Shown one piece after another: positions 28,492-39,033 of a DNA stretch of 64,000 nucleotides. Position 1 is the stretch's first letter, and every line of letters starts with the position of its first letter. A program made the position numbers and the translations under genes. Under the pieces are notes generated by a model. The model searched no databases, was not told the origin of the DNA, and saw only the letters and a list, made by a program, of their open reading frames with translations. Source of the DNA: Candidatus Omnitrophota bacterium (GTDB taxonomy: Bacteria > Omnitrophota > Gorgyraeia > Gygaellales > Profunditerraquicolaceae); the NCBI GenBank assembly GCA_023247825.1, contig JAHFFR010000002.1:4972-68971 (forward strand). Direction: 5' to 3'.

Positions 28492-29414
28492 GCTTTTAAT
28501 CTTCCGATTATATTGCTTAAATTCTGAATATTATTATCCGCCATATATTGTTTTAACCCGGAAATAATTTCTATGCTGGCCCTGGGATTAATAAAATTTG
28601 CCGTTCCTACGCTAATCGCGCTGGCGCCGGCAATAAAAAACTCCAACGCGCTTTCAGTATCCATTATACCACCCATGCCGATAATAGGAATCCTAATTTT
28701 ATTATACGCCTCCCAAACCATTTTAACTGCTACCGGCCTTATTGCCGGGCCGCTTAAGCCGCCAACCCATGAGCCTAATTTAGGAATGCGTTTATTTACA
28801 TCTATGCTCATGCCGCTAAGCGTATTGATCAACGCTACTGCATCGCTGCCTGCTTTCTCTGCGGCTAAAGCAATCTCGCAGATTGAAGTTACATTAGGCG
28901 AAAGCTTTGTAATCAGGCATTTTTTCGTAAGCCTGCGTACTGAACTTACCAATTCAAAAGTCTCTTTGGCATCCTGGGAAATTAATTTATCTTTTTGCAG
29001 GTTGGGGCATGATATATTCAGCTCGATTGCGGATATTCCGCTTAGCTTGTCCAGTTGTTTAACCAGGATGGAAAATTCATCCGGGCTTTCTTCGGCGGCA
29101 ATACTGGCGATAATCGGGACAGCCAGCTTTTTCAAAAAAGGAAGCTTACCTTCAATAAATTGATCTATTCCGGGATTCTCCAGTCCGATAGAATTAAGCA
29201 TCCCGCTTGGGGTCTCGCAGGTGCGCGGCGGAAGGTTTCCATGGCGCGGTTTGACAGTTATGGTCTTGGTAACAATGGCCCCGAGCTTTTTTAAATCGAT
29301 AAAATCCCGAAACTCCTCGGCATACCCAAATGTGCCGCTGGCCACCATTACCGGATTTTTCAAGCCAAGCCTTCCTATTGCTAAGCTTAAATTCGGCTTG
29401 AGTATCTTTACCAT
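28479..29414 (-). CDS. pyrD: Dihydroorotate dehydrogenase, class 1B catalytic subunit
   Basis: GTFGY, NSIGLENPG, ELNISCPN, GGLSGPAIRP, GMGGI. Confidence 0.9.
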   Translation of the reverse strand: MVKILKPNLSLAIGRLGLKNPVMVASGTFGYAEEFRDFIDLKKLGAIVTKTITVKPRHGNLPPRTCETPSGMLNSIGLENPGIDQFIEGKLPFLKKLAVPIIASIAAEESPDEFSILVKQLDKLSGISAIELNISCPNLQKDKLISQDAKETFELVSSVRRLTKKCLITKLSPNVTSICEIALAAEKAGSDAVALINTLSGMSIDVNKRIPKLGSWVGGLSGPAIRPVAVKMVWEAYNKIRIPIIGMGGIMDTESALEFFIAGASAISVGTANFINPRASIEIISGLKQYMADNNIQNLSNIIGRLKACND

Positions 29415-30184
29415 ATTAATTCCTCGCTTGAAAAAACAGGGCCGTCTTTACAAACTCTTTTGTACCCGGCCTTGGTGGAAACAACACAGCCCAAACATGC
29501 CCCGATTCCGCAGGCCATATGTTCCTCTAAAGAAAGCTGCGCGTTAATTTTATTTTCATGGGCAATCCGGGCAATTGTTTTTAACATTGGATGCGGCCCG
29601 CAGGAAAACAATCTGGATGGCTTGGCCTGTTCTAAAACAATTTTTAGCAGGTCGGTAACCCTGCCTTTAAACCCGGCAGAACCGTCATCAGTAGCTAATT
29701 TCAGCGTGCAGCCCAAAGATTTAAATTCCGGCGTACAGAGAATTTGATTTTTCGTCTTTGCCCCGATTAAAACCAGGGGCTTAACGGGCTTTATTTTTTC
29801 GGCTAAGAAAACCAGCGGCGCCACACCCATTCCTCCGGCAATCAAAATATTTTTAGCCTTCCCTGCTTTAGCCAATTGCTTATAACCAAACCCATTACCC
29901 AAAGGCCCGATGATATCTAGAAACTCTTTTGGCTTTCTTGCAGATAAAGCTTGCGTCCCCTTACCCAAAACCTCATAGATAAGCTTAACCGTAGATCCTT
30001 TTACCCCATGGATACTAATCGGCCTTCTCAATAATGGCCCAAGCCCATCACTGACTTTAATATTCACAAACTGCCCGGGTTGAGCATTGTTGGCGATTAT
30101 GCTTGATTCAAATTCTAAATGCCAATAATTCCGCTTGAGCCTTTTATTGGAAATTATTTTAGCTTTTATTTGCGCTATTTTCAT
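29408..30184 (-). CDS. pyrK: Dihydroorotate dehydrogenase electron-transfer subunit
   Basis: FAD/NAD-binding RRPISI and GGMGVAPL, plus the 2Fe-2S motif MACGIGACLGC. Confidence 0.85.
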   Translation of the reverse strand: MKIAQIKAKIISNKRLKRNYWHLEFESSIIANNAQPGQFVNIKVSDGLGPLLRRPISIHGVKGSTVKLIYEVLGKGTQALSARKPKEFLDIIGPLGNGFGYKQLAKAGKAKNILIAGGMGVAPLVFLAEKIKPVKPLVLIGAKTKNQILCTPEFKSLGCTLKLATDDGSAGFKGRVTDLLKIVLEQAKPSRLFSCGPHPMLKTIARIAHENKINAQLSLEEHMACGIGACLGCVVSTKAGYKRVCKDGPVFSSEELIW

Positions 30185-30866
30185 CTCTCTTACTCGTCCG
30201 CTTACTCAGTGAAACTACAAAAATTATGAATATAATAAAAGTTAAGGATACCCACAGAGATTGGCTAAGATAAGCCTTAAATCCTTCTTCGCTAATATTT
30301 TTCCAGGATTCTACCAAAAAGACAAGCAGGATCAACGTGAAAATCGAACCGATCTCCCGGTAAAACCAGCTTAATTTTAGGGGTAAATACTCGGTTATCT
30401 TTAATTTAAGCAGCCTTAATAAAGAGGGAAGAATTCGCGGGACCTTTTGGCAATATTCTTGGTAGGTACCTGGGAACATTCCCCGAAGTTTAGCTTCCTC
30501 TTGATAAATAAGCAGCAGGTAACGGATAATGAAAACGATAATAAAAATTACCACCACCCACCATTTAAAGAGTACCAAAACCACTCCCAGGCCGATCAGG
30601 AATATCCCCAGATACATCGGGTTACGCACCAGCTGATAAGGCCCTCCCTGTATTAATGCCCGGCTGTCCCGGGAATGCTCTGCTTTATACCCCCGGCCGG
30701 AGACGCGAATAATTTGCCCGAAAAAAATAAGCGAAAAGCCCATGACCTCTATGCAAGGCTCCCAAAAACCATTTAAAATACCCCGCAAAAAAAACCTTGG
30801 GAAAAATACCACCGCTAAACCCGCGCACCCCATAATTATTCCGTTGATCTTAAGCCTTTTTTTCAT
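30159..30866 (-). CDS. Isoprenylcysteine carboxyl methyltransferase (ICMT)-family membrane protein
   Basis: Multi-TM protein with GPYQLVRNPMYLGIFL and EEAKL...G..Y..Y, the ICMT/PEMT signature. Confidence 0.65.
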   Translation of the reverse strand: MKKRLKINGIIMGCAGLAVVFFPRFFLRGILNGFWEPCIEVMGFSLIFFGQIIRVSGRGYKAEHSRDSRALIQGGPYQLVRNPMYLGIFLIGLGVVLVLFKWWVVVIFIIVFIIRYLLLIYQEEAKLRGMFPGTYQEYCQKVPRILPSLLRLLKLKITEYLPLKLSWFYREIGSIFTLILLVFLVESWKNISEEGFKAYLSQSLWVSLTFIIFIIFVVSLSKRTSKRDENSANKS

Positions 30867-30869
30867 AAG

Positions 30870-31670
30870 CTAATTTTGGCAGTTGGCGCAAAAATAAGTG
30901 CCTCTGCCTCCCTGGGTAATTTTTTTTACCGGGTTTTTGCAGAGAAAACAAGGTTTACCGCCGCGGCCATAAACCTGATGATAACGCACATAATCCCCGG
31001 GTTTTCCGGAAACCCGCACATAATCATCTACCGAAGAGCCTCCGTGCTTAATCGCACTGTTTAACACCTTCTTCATTTCTTTATAAAGAGCCTCTTTTTC
31101 TTCCGCGGTTAGACTTTGCGCGCTCCTTTTGGGGTGAATTTTAGCCCGGAATAAAATTTCAGCGGCGTAAAGATTGCCGATGCCGGAAATAAATTTCTGG
31201 TCCATCAGCAATGGCTTGATTTCAGTTTTTCTCTTAGAAAGCATATCTTTAAAATCGGCGCAAGTCAAATCAAATGGTTCCGGCCCAAGCCCCTGCACAA
31301 ATTTTAATTTTTTCCAATCGCGGACAAGGCGCAATTCTCCGAACAGGCGGTCGTCGTTAAAATCCAAAATCTTACCCCCGGATAAATAAAAAGCTACCCG
31401 GCTTTTTTTAGAGCCTCCGGGATAAACCAACTGTCCGGTCATCTTCAGGTGGATAGTCAGGAACGATCCATTCGATAATTCAAAAACCAGAAGCTTTGCC
31501 CTACGCAGAATATTCTTTATGGCCTGGCCTTCCAGAGATTTCTTAAATACCAAAGGTGCGGGTTCACGTATGACCCTTGGATCATTCACGTAAACTTTTA
31601 GAATCTTTTTCCCTAGAATTGTTTCCTGAAGGTCTCCTTTAATTGTCTCAACTTCCGGCAGCTCTGGCAT
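30870..31670 (-). CDS. mutM: Formamidopyrimidine-DNA glycosylase
   Basis: N-terminal MPELPEVE, H2TH region, and a C-terminal zinc finger CFLCKNPV...YFCANCQ. Confidence 0.9.
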   Translation of the reverse strand: MPELPEVETIKGDLQETILGKKILKVYVNDPRVIREPAPLVFKKSLEGQAIKNILRRAKLLVFELSNGSFLTIHLKMTGQLVYPGGSKKSRVAFYLSGGKILDFNDDRLFGELRLVRDWKKLKFVQGLGPEPFDLTCADFKDMLSKRKTEIKPLLMDQKFISGIGNLYAAEILFRAKIHPKRSAQSLTAEEKEALYKEMKKVLNSAIKHGGSSVDDYVRVSGKPGDYVRYHQVYGRGGKPCFLCKNPVKKITQGGRGTYFCANCQN

Positions 31671-33210
31671 AATACTCCTGCAAGGATTTAACTTTGAGTT
31701 TTTTCGTCAGCAGCACTTCTATACCGCTTACTGTTGCCTGCGCCCCGAATATAGTTGTAGTATAAGGTATGCCGCTCAAAATAACCTGGGAACGGATTTT
31801 TACTTCATCAAGCCGGGGAATCCTGCCCGAAGGAGTATTAATTACCAGCTGGAGCTTGCCTTCTTTCATTAGATCCAGGGCGTTGGGCTTACCTTCTGAT
31901 ATTTTTGGCAAAACTTTTGCCGGGATTTTACTTTTTGCTAATGCCGCGGCTGTCCCGCTTGAGGCAAAAATCTTAAAACCCAGGTCTTTTAGTTTCTTAG
32001 CGATTAAAATAATATTCCTTTTATCTCGGTCATTCACCGAGATAAAAACGTTACCTTTTGTGGGCAGCTTTTGCCCGGCGGCAAGCTGGCTTTTAATATA
32101 TGCCTGGCCAAAATCCAGATCAATCCCCATCACCTCGCCGGTAGATTTCATCTCCGGCCCGAGAATTATATCAACTCCCGGAAAACGGTTAAAAGGAAAC
32201 ACCGATTCCTTAATTGCCACATACCTTGGAATAATTTCCCTGGTAAAACCTAAATCTTTTAGTTTTCTCCCCAGCATAACCTTAGTTGCTAATTTTGCTA
32301 ACGGCACTCCGATTACCTTAGAAACAAAAGGAATGGTGCGCGAAGCGCGGGGATTAACCTCCAGGATGTAAACCTTGCTATCCTTTACCGCATACTGCAC
32401 ATTCATCAGGCCTACTACATGCAATTCTTTGGCCATCTGAATTGTCGCCTGGCGGATCTGTTTTAATATCCCGGCAGATAAAGTATAGGTCGGAAGGGAC
32501 ATTGCCGCGTCCCCGGAATGCACCCCTGCCTGTTCAATGTGTTCCATAATCCCGCCGATTACAAACTCTCTCCCGTCTCCGACTAAATCCACATCAACCT
32601 CGATGGCATCCTCCAGAAATTTATCGACTAAAATCGGATGCTCCCCGGAAACCTCCGCCGCTTCTTTAATAAATTTTTCTAAAACCTGTTCATCATAGGC
32701 AATCTCCATCGCCCTGCCGCCCAATACATATGAAGGACGCACTAATACCGGATAACCGATCCGGTTAGCCACTTCTTTTGCCTGGGCAAAGGTAAACGCC
32801 GTGCCACTGGCCGGCTGCAACAGTCCGAGTTTATCCAGCATCTGTTTAAAACGCTTACGGTCCTCGGCGATATCAATGCTGTCGGCGCTTGTCCCCAAAA
32901 GATTAATCCCGGCTTTAAGTAAAGGAACAGCCAAATTAAGCGGGGTCTGGCCGCCAAACTGCACGATTACGCCCAAAGGTTTCTCTTGATCGATAACATT
33001 CATAATATCTTCGAAGGTAAGCGGCTCAAAATAAAGACGGTCGGAGGTATCATAATCAGTAGAAACTGTTTCAGGATTACAGTTAATCATAATACTTTCC
33101 ACATTTTCTTCACGTAAAGCGTAGGCCGCATGGCAGCAGCAATAATCAAATTCAATTCCCTGACCAATGCGATTAGGGCCGCCACCTAAAATAATTACTT
33201 TTTTCTTCAT
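31648..33210 (-). CDS. carB: Carbamoyl-phosphate synthase large subunit, C-terminal half only (second ATP-grasp plus MGS-like allosteric domain)
   Basis: Begins KKVIILGGGPNRIGQGIEFDYCCCHAAYALRE...NCNPETVSTDYDTSDRLYFEP, which corresponds to the start of the second half of full-length CarB. 520 aa. Confidence 0.85.
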   Translation of the reverse strand: MKKKVIILGGGPNRIGQGIEFDYCCCHAAYALREENVESIMINCNPETVSTDYDTSDRLYFEPLTFEDIMNVIDQEKPLGVIVQFGGQTPLNLAVPLLKAGINLLGTSADSIDIAEDRKRFKQMLDKLGLLQPASGTAFTFAQAKEVANRIGYPVLVRPSYVLGGRAMEIAYDEQVLEKFIKEAAEVSGEHPILVDKFLEDAIEVDVDLVGDGREFVIGGIMEHIEQAGVHSGDAAMSLPTYTLSAGILKQIRQATIQMAKELHVVGLMNVQYAVKDSKVYILEVNPRASRTIPFVSKVIGVPLAKLATKVMLGRKLKDLGFTREIIPRYVAIKESVFPFNRFPGVDIILGPEMKSTGEVMGIDLDFGQAYIKSQLAAGQKLPTKGNVFISVNDRDKRNIILIAKKLKDLGFKIFASSGTAAALAKSKIPAKVLPKISEGKPNALDLMKEGKLQLVINTPSGRIPRLDEVKIRSQVILSGIPYTTTIFGAQATVSGIEVLLTKKLKVKSLQEYYARAAGS

Positions 33211-33273
33211 TTTGTATCCACTATCTTTAATTTTTAGCCTATATTTTGGGTAAACTACTCCACTTCGTTAAAA

Positions 33274-33345
33274 TGCGCCTGGCAGGAATTGAACCTGCAC
33301 CACCAGCTTCGGAGGCTAGTGCTCTATCCGTTGAGCCACAGGCGC
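33274..33345 (-). tRNA. tRNA-Arg (anticodon CCG), CCA not encoded
   Basis: Reverse complement GCGCCTGTGGCTCAACGGATAGAGCACTAGCCTCCGAAGCTGGTGGTGCAGGTTCAATTCCTGCCAGGCGCA. The anticodon loop is CTCCGAA. Confidence 0.85.
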
Positions 33346-33346
33346 G

Positions 33347-34585
33347 TTAAAACAAACTCAATTGCTCCTCGTTTTTCTTTTGCCCTTCATTATCATCAAA
33401 TATGGAGATTGTGCCATATTCGCCGTCAAAGCCTGCTTTGATATTTACTTTACCTGCGCGCACCCGCAGGATACCTTCAACAATTTTAGGAGGTAAACTT
33501 TTGAGTAACTCCTCTTTTGAAGCTTTAAGCAGAATATTAAACTCTGTCCCGAATTTGGCCAGATACGCCATATACTCTCTTTCTACGTTTACCGAGCCCT
33601 TGCCCACACCTTTTGCGTCAGCAATAATCTCAGCAAATGGGATCAGGCTTTTAAATGGTATGGCATTCTCGGGCTTAAAGCCTTCCGGACGATCAGCTAA
33701 TTTCTCAACCCGGTTGACTACTCCAACAGTTACCGGCTTGCCGCACTTGGGGCATTTACCGTTGTGCTCTTTGGTTTCCTGAGGCGACCAACGAATACCG
33801 CAAAGCCGGTGGCCATCATAATGATATTTGCCTTCTTCGGGAAAAAATTCGATAGTGTAGAGAAATTTTTCTTTATCTTTGGTCCTTAAAACCTCTCTTA
33901 TGGTTTTATAATCTAATTGGCAATTAAAAACATTGGCTTCGCGGCCGAGCTTCTGCGGCGAATGCGAATCGCTGTTCGAAATCAATGTAAATTTATCCAA
34001 AGCGCTCAAGCGCCAATTCATCGCCGGGTCGCTGGATAACCCGGTCTCAAGGGCAAAAATCTTATCCGTTTGTTTTTCAAAACAATCTTCGATTTTATCA
34101 AATCCGGACATTGAGCCAAACACGCTAAACCAGGGTGTCCAGATATGCCCGGGGACGATCATACAATTTTCATCAATATCAAATACGATGCGCGCCAGTT
34201 CTGCGGCATCTAGGCCTAATATCGGCCGTCCGTCGCTGGCTAAGTTTCCGATCCTGCCTAAACGCTCATTTATCTTATCCACGCTTTTAAATGAAGGGCT
34301 AAAAATCAAATTATGAATACGGTAGGTGCGGCCGCGCTTGGAATAAATACTGCTTACTTCGGCAGTAAGCATAAAATATATGCCGGCATATTTAAATAAA
34401 CCATTGCCGCAATCCTCTAATGTGTGTTTCAATTCTTCCAGCCACAAATGGTGAGTAAAATCACCTGTGCCCATTAAAGTTATGCCTTTTAATTTTGCCC
34501 AATCTGCCAGATGCTTAACATCCATATCGCGGCTGGTTGCCCGGGAGTATTTAGAGTGGATATGAAAATCAGCGATAAATTCCAT
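33347..34585 (-). CDS. PHP-domain protein, endonuclease Q-like
   Basis: ADFHIHSKYSRATS PHP metal site at the N-terminus, SNSDSHSP, and a zinc-ribbon CPKCGKPVTVGV. Family assignment is from memory. Confidence 0.6.
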   Translation of the reverse strand: MEFIADFHIHSKYSRATSRDMDVKHLADWAKLKGITLMGTGDFTHHLWLEELKHTLEDCGNGLFKYAGIYFMLTAEVSSIYSKRGRTYRIHNLIFSPSFKSVDKINERLGRIGNLASDGRPILGLDAAELARIVFDIDENCMIVPGHIWTPWFSVFGSMSGFDKIEDCFEKQTDKIFALETGLSSDPAMNWRLSALDKFTLISNSDSHSPQKLGREANVFNCQLDYKTIREVLRTKDKEKFLYTIEFFPEEGKYHYDGHRLCGIRWSPQETKEHNGKCPKCGKPVTVGVVNRVEKLADRPEGFKPENAIPFKSLIPFAEIIADAKGVGKGSVNVEREYMAYLAKFGTEFNILLKASKEELLKSLPPKIVEGILRVRAGKVNIKAGFDGEYGTISIFDDNEGQKKNEEQLSLF

Positions 34586-35059
34586 TTATCTACCTATAAA
34601 AATAATACCTGGGATAATAAATGCTAAAATAACTATCACAAAAATAAAACTTATTAAAACCGTCATTAAAACTATTCTTGAAATTCTTCTAAGAACTCCT
34701 TTTAAGCTTTCATCGCTATAAGTTTTTATAGACCAGTAAAGGGGATAAACACAAGGTATTAGAAGAATTAAAAATATGTTCCACCTGCTAAAATAGAACA
34801 TAACAGGTATAAGCAGAAAAAAAGCAAGGCCATTATCAGCTTGTGTCTTTGGATCTGGTTTGTACTCCTTTAGTATATCCATAGTGTGCAGCAACGCAAT
34901 GAATAATAACAATAACGGCACAAGAGAAGCCCATCGTATAATTTGGCCTATGTTTCTATTAACATATAAGAAGTAACCAAAATATATATCGAAGCCTACA
35001 CTTACTAATGCGAAAAGGCTGAATAATCCCCAGTTATTTAAAAATCCGAAATACATCAA
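34586..35059 (-). CDS. Hypothetical multi-pass membrane protein
   Basis: 157 aa, 4-5 hydrophobic helices, very AT-rich coding sequence. No recognisable motif. Confidence 0.5.
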   Translation of the reverse strand: MMYFGFLNNWGLFSLFALVSVGFDIYFGYFLYVNRNIGQIIRWASLVPLLLLFIALLHTMDILKEYKPDPKTQADNGLAFFLLIPVMFYFSRWNIFLILLIPCVYPLYWSIKTYSDESLKGVLRRISRIVLMTVLISFIFVIVILAFIIPGIIFIGR

Positions 35060-35169
35060 TAGTTAAGCTCCCCTTTCCATATTATCGCCGTGCAAGTGAA
35101 ACATTGTTTACATTCCCTCCCCCTTTAAGACTGTGTCGAATGAAGGGGAGGGGAATACGTGTTTTTATC

Positions 35170-35766
35170 TTAGGCAAAAAAATGAGTTAGATTTATAATA
35201 ATAAAAGAAATAAGTGCGATAGAAATAATAATCAATACGGCTATTCTTAACGCTCGGGCTGTCCTTTTTAGAATCTCAATAAACGAAGCGTTCCTAAAAT
35301 TGAAGATAAGCATGCCTGCCGCGAATAGAAAAGATATTATACTCCAAAATATACCCCAAAACCCTGCGCGTAATGATACAGCCATTATCCCTAACCAGAA
35401 CATTTGAGCTGCCAATATAAAAATACACAAATCTTTTAATACAAGTGATGTTTCAAGTACTTTATTATAATCATCCGCACCAGTGCTTTTTTTCCAAACC
35501 CACCTGCACACAAAAATACCCAATATAGCGGGAATTCCCAGAAATAGGGCTAAAACAACCATGTCTAATTGATGATAACCGGTCGTATTGCCTAAATTAA
35601 AAATTTTATTTACAATAAAACTTACAAGCAACTCTATCCCTAACGCCAACATAAAAATAACAAACCAAAGATCAGTAAGAAGTTGGGGGTGCTTCCCCCC
35701 TCTAAAAAACCCTTTTTCCTTCAAAGAATCTACGAAAAATTTAAATTTTGATTTGTCGTTTTGCAT
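35170..35766 (-). CDS. Hypothetical multi-pass membrane protein (C-terminal region resembles the 34586-35059 product)
   Basis: 198 aa. The C-terminal LKRTARALRIAVLIIISIALISFIIINL parallels LRRISRIVLMTVLISFIFVIVILAF in the neighbour. Confidence 0.5.
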   Translation of the reverse strand: MQNDKSKFKFFVDSLKEKGFFRGGKHPQLLTDLWFVIFMLALGIELLVSFIVNKIFNLGNTTGYHQLDMVVLALFLGIPAILGIFVCRWVWKKSTGADDYNKVLETSLVLKDLCIFILAAQMFWLGIMAVSLRAGFWGIFWSIISFLFAAGMLIFNFRNASFIEILKRTARALRIAVLIIISIALISFIIINLTHFFA

Positions 35767-35775
35767 TTTGATTTT

Positions 35776-37074
35776 TCAAATTAGGCACTGCCCACTACTG
35801 CCTTGTTTATATACAATATTCCCATTACAAATTGTATAATCCACCAACCCTTTTAAGGAGCGGCCCAAAAAAGCCGAATTCTTGGATTTGGAAACAAGGT
35901 TTTGTTTATCAACTACCCACCTTTCCTGATCAGAGATTATAATTATATCCGCAAAAGCTCCCTCTGCCAATGTCCCTTTATCCAAACCCAAAATCTTAGC
36001 GGGATTTAAACTAAGTTTCTCAATCAGCCCCGGCCAATTTAAAATTTTCTGATCCAATAATTCGGTTATACTGACCGAAAGCTCGGTTTCCAGGCCCACC
36101 ACCCCAAACTCGGCGCGCTCAAACTCAATATCTTTTTCATTCTCAGTATGCGGGGCATGATCCGAGGCAATCGCATCAATTGTGCCGTCAATTAACCCCT
36201 GCCTTATTGCCGCAAGATCCTCCTTGCTTCTTAAAGGAGGATTCATTTTCATATTCGTGTCATACCCTAAAAGCGCCTCATCGGTAAGAGCAAAATAATG
36301 CGGAGCAGTTTCACAGGTTACTTTAATCCCCTTTTTCTTAGCCTTAGCAATGATCTCGACTGATTCCCTGCAGCTTACATGCGCGATATGCACGGTGGCT
36401 TTGGATTTTTCCGCGAGCGCGATATCCCTGCTGATTCTTGTATATTCTGATTCATTGGAAATTCCGCGTAAACCCAGGCGCGTGGAATTAAAACCTAAAT
36501 TGATTACTCCTTTTGCGGAAAGTTTTTTATCCTCAGAATGGCTTATCGTTAAAAGGCCGGCTTGTTTTGCTTTTTTAAACGCCTCAAACATCAACTCATC
36601 ATTATCTACAGAGCATCCGTCGTCAGATATAGCAACTACTCCGGTTTTCTTAAGCGCGGCAATATTGCTTAGCTCTTGGCCTTTGCGCTCTTTAGTAATC
36701 GTCCCGCAAATAAGCACATTGACTAACGCGCTCTTATTAATTATTCCCTGCAATAATTCTATACTCTCTACGCAATCCATTGCCGGCTGAGTATTGGGCA
36801 TGGCTAAAACTGTAGTTATCCCGCCTTTGGCTGCTGCGGCAGTAGCGCTGGCGACGGTCTCTTTATCTTCCCTGCCGGGCTGGCGCAGATGCGTATGCAT
36901 ATCAATAATCCCCGGGGCAACAATTTTATTGCTGGCATCAATTATAATTTCAGCCCGCGCTTTAATGTTTTTAGCAACTTTGGATATTTTATTGCCCTCG
37001 ATTAAAACATCCAGTATTGCATCAATTTTATTTGCCGGATCAACTACTCTGCCGCCCTTGATCAGTATGCTCAT
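35776..37074 (-). CDS. pyrC: Dihydroorotase
   Basis: IIDMHTHLRQPG, the carboxylated-Lys region and ASDHAPH. Confidence 0.9.
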   Translation of the reverse strand: MSILIKGGRVVDPANKIDAILDVLIEGNKISKVAKNIKARAEIIIDASNKIVAPGIIDMHTHLRQPGREDKETVASATAAAAKGGITTVLAMPNTQPAMDCVESIELLQGIINKSALVNVLICGTITKERKGQELSNIAALKKTGVVAISDDGCSVDNDELMFEAFKKAKQAGLLTISHSEDKKLSAKGVINLGFNSTRLGLRGISNESEYTRISRDIALAEKSKATVHIAHVSCRESVEIIAKAKKKGIKVTCETAPHYFALTDEALLGYDTNMKMNPPLRSKEDLAAIRQGLIDGTIDAIASDHAPHTENEKDIEFERAEFGVVGLETELSVSITELLDQKILNWPGLIEKLSLNPAKILGLDKGTLAEGAFADIIIISDQERWVVDKQNLVSKSKNSAFLGRSLKGLVDYTICNGNIVYKQGSSGQCLI

Positions 37075-38002
37075 TTTTTCCCATCCCTGGCCTGGCTAAC
37101 CAGGAATAAAACCGCCATTCTTACGGCAATACCATTTGTCACTTGCTCTAAAATCACCGAATTTGCCCCATCTGCCACTGCACTGGACATCTCAATTCCC
37201 CGGTTAATCGGCCCGGGATGCATAACTACGATATCTTTTTTAGCTTTGGATAATCTTTCTTCGGTAATCCCGAATTTTTTAAAATAATCCAGCTGCTCAG
37301 GAAATGCCGCACCGGTATCGCGCTCAAACTGCATCCTTAAAACATTTACTGCGTCGGCTTTTTTTAAAACCTCATCGATATTGCTGGAAGTTTTTGCCCC
37401 GGTTAATTCTATGCCTACCGGAAGGAGCATCTCCGGAGCGCAGAGCGTAACATTGGCCCCTAATTTAATCAGTCCCCAGATATTTGAGCGGGCAACCCGG
37501 GAATGCGCGATATCTCCGACAATCGCAACATTTAAACCTTTAATTTTACCTAATTTTTCCCTTAATGTAAAAATGTCAAGTAAAGCCTGGGTGGGATGCT
37601 CATGCCAACCGTCTCCGGCATTGACTACACTGATATCCAAAGCGCGGGCAAGCATGTTTGCGGCGCCTGAACAGTTATGCCGTATAATAATTATGTCAGC
37701 TTTAAGCGCCTGGATGTTTTTACCGGTATCAATTAATGTTTCCCCTTTGCGCACGCTGGAGGTTTCTGTGGCGATATTGATTACGTCGGCAGAAAGCCGC
37801 TTGGCCGCCACCTCGAAAGATACGCGGGTGCGCGTGGACGGTTCATAAAAAAGATTCACCGCGGTTTTACCGCGCAGGGCAGGGACCTTTTTGATTTCAC
37901 GGGTCGAGACTTCTTTAAAAGATTCGGCGGTATCTAAAATAAGCTCGATCTCGCTTTGCGTTAGATATTCAAGGCCTAAGAGATCCTTCTTTGTCCAGAG
38001 CA

Positions 38003-38003
<1 letters not shown>
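37071..38003 (-). CDS. pyrB: Aspartate carbamoyltransferase catalytic subunit
   Basis: EPSTRTR, HPTQALLD and HPGP motifs. Confidence 0.95.
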
Positions 38004-38577
<574 letters not shown>

Positions 38578-38659
38578 TTCATACTGTTGTACTTTTTTAG
38601 TCATTTTCTTTACCTTGCCGGCTTCACAGAGCCGGGCTTAAAGGACCTTTTGTTGATTA

Positions 38660-38687
38660 AGTTTACCATAAGCCGCTTCTTTGTCAA
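38660..38687 (-). promoter_or_regulatory. Sigma70-like promoter of the pyrR-pyrB-pyrC operon (TTGACA, 16 nt, TAAACT with upstream TG)
   Basis: On the minus strand, TTGACA is at 38687-38682 and TGGTAAACT ends at 38660. Confidence 0.45.
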
Positions 38688-38700
38688 GGCTAAACTACAA

Positions 38701-39033
38701 TTAGTAATCCCTGCGCGCGGCATAAGTGAAATGTGAAAAGTAGTTCCGCCACAAACTTTCGGTAGACATAAACTGGTTTGATCCGAAGAAATAATCTACA
38801 ATGGCTTCCCTTACACGGGTGATTTCTTTAAGATGATTAGAATTTCTGATGCCTTCCAAAGTCAAATCTATTAATTCAAGAGTTCGTTCAAAAGCCTTCT
38901 GGCTATAATCGGCATTGTTCTTAGCCCGCCATTTAAGCGCACGCTCAACTTCACTCCCGATATTTGCCATTTGTTCCAGGAATGATAACTCCCCCCAGCG
39001 GCCTGCCGCAAGATCTTTATGCTGATAACTCAT
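38701..39033 (-). CDS. Hypothetical small helical protein, partner of the DUF5674-like gene
   Basis: 110 aa. It overlaps the upstream gene by 4 nt (ATGA-type coupling). No catalytic motif recognised. Confidence 0.5.
   Translation of the reverse strand: MSYQHKDLAAGRWGELSFLEQMANIGSEVERALKWRAKNNADYSQKAFERTLELIDLTLEGIRNSNHLKEITRVREAIVDYFFGSNQFMSTESLWRNYFSHFTYAARRDY

Noticed and set aside
35095-35160. Imperfect inverted repeat TTCCCTCCCCCTT ... AAGGGGAGGGGAA between the two membrane-protein genes as a terminator
   Set aside because: The arms mismatch at two central positions and no U tract follows on the coding (minus) strand. It is mentioned only as context, not called as a feature.
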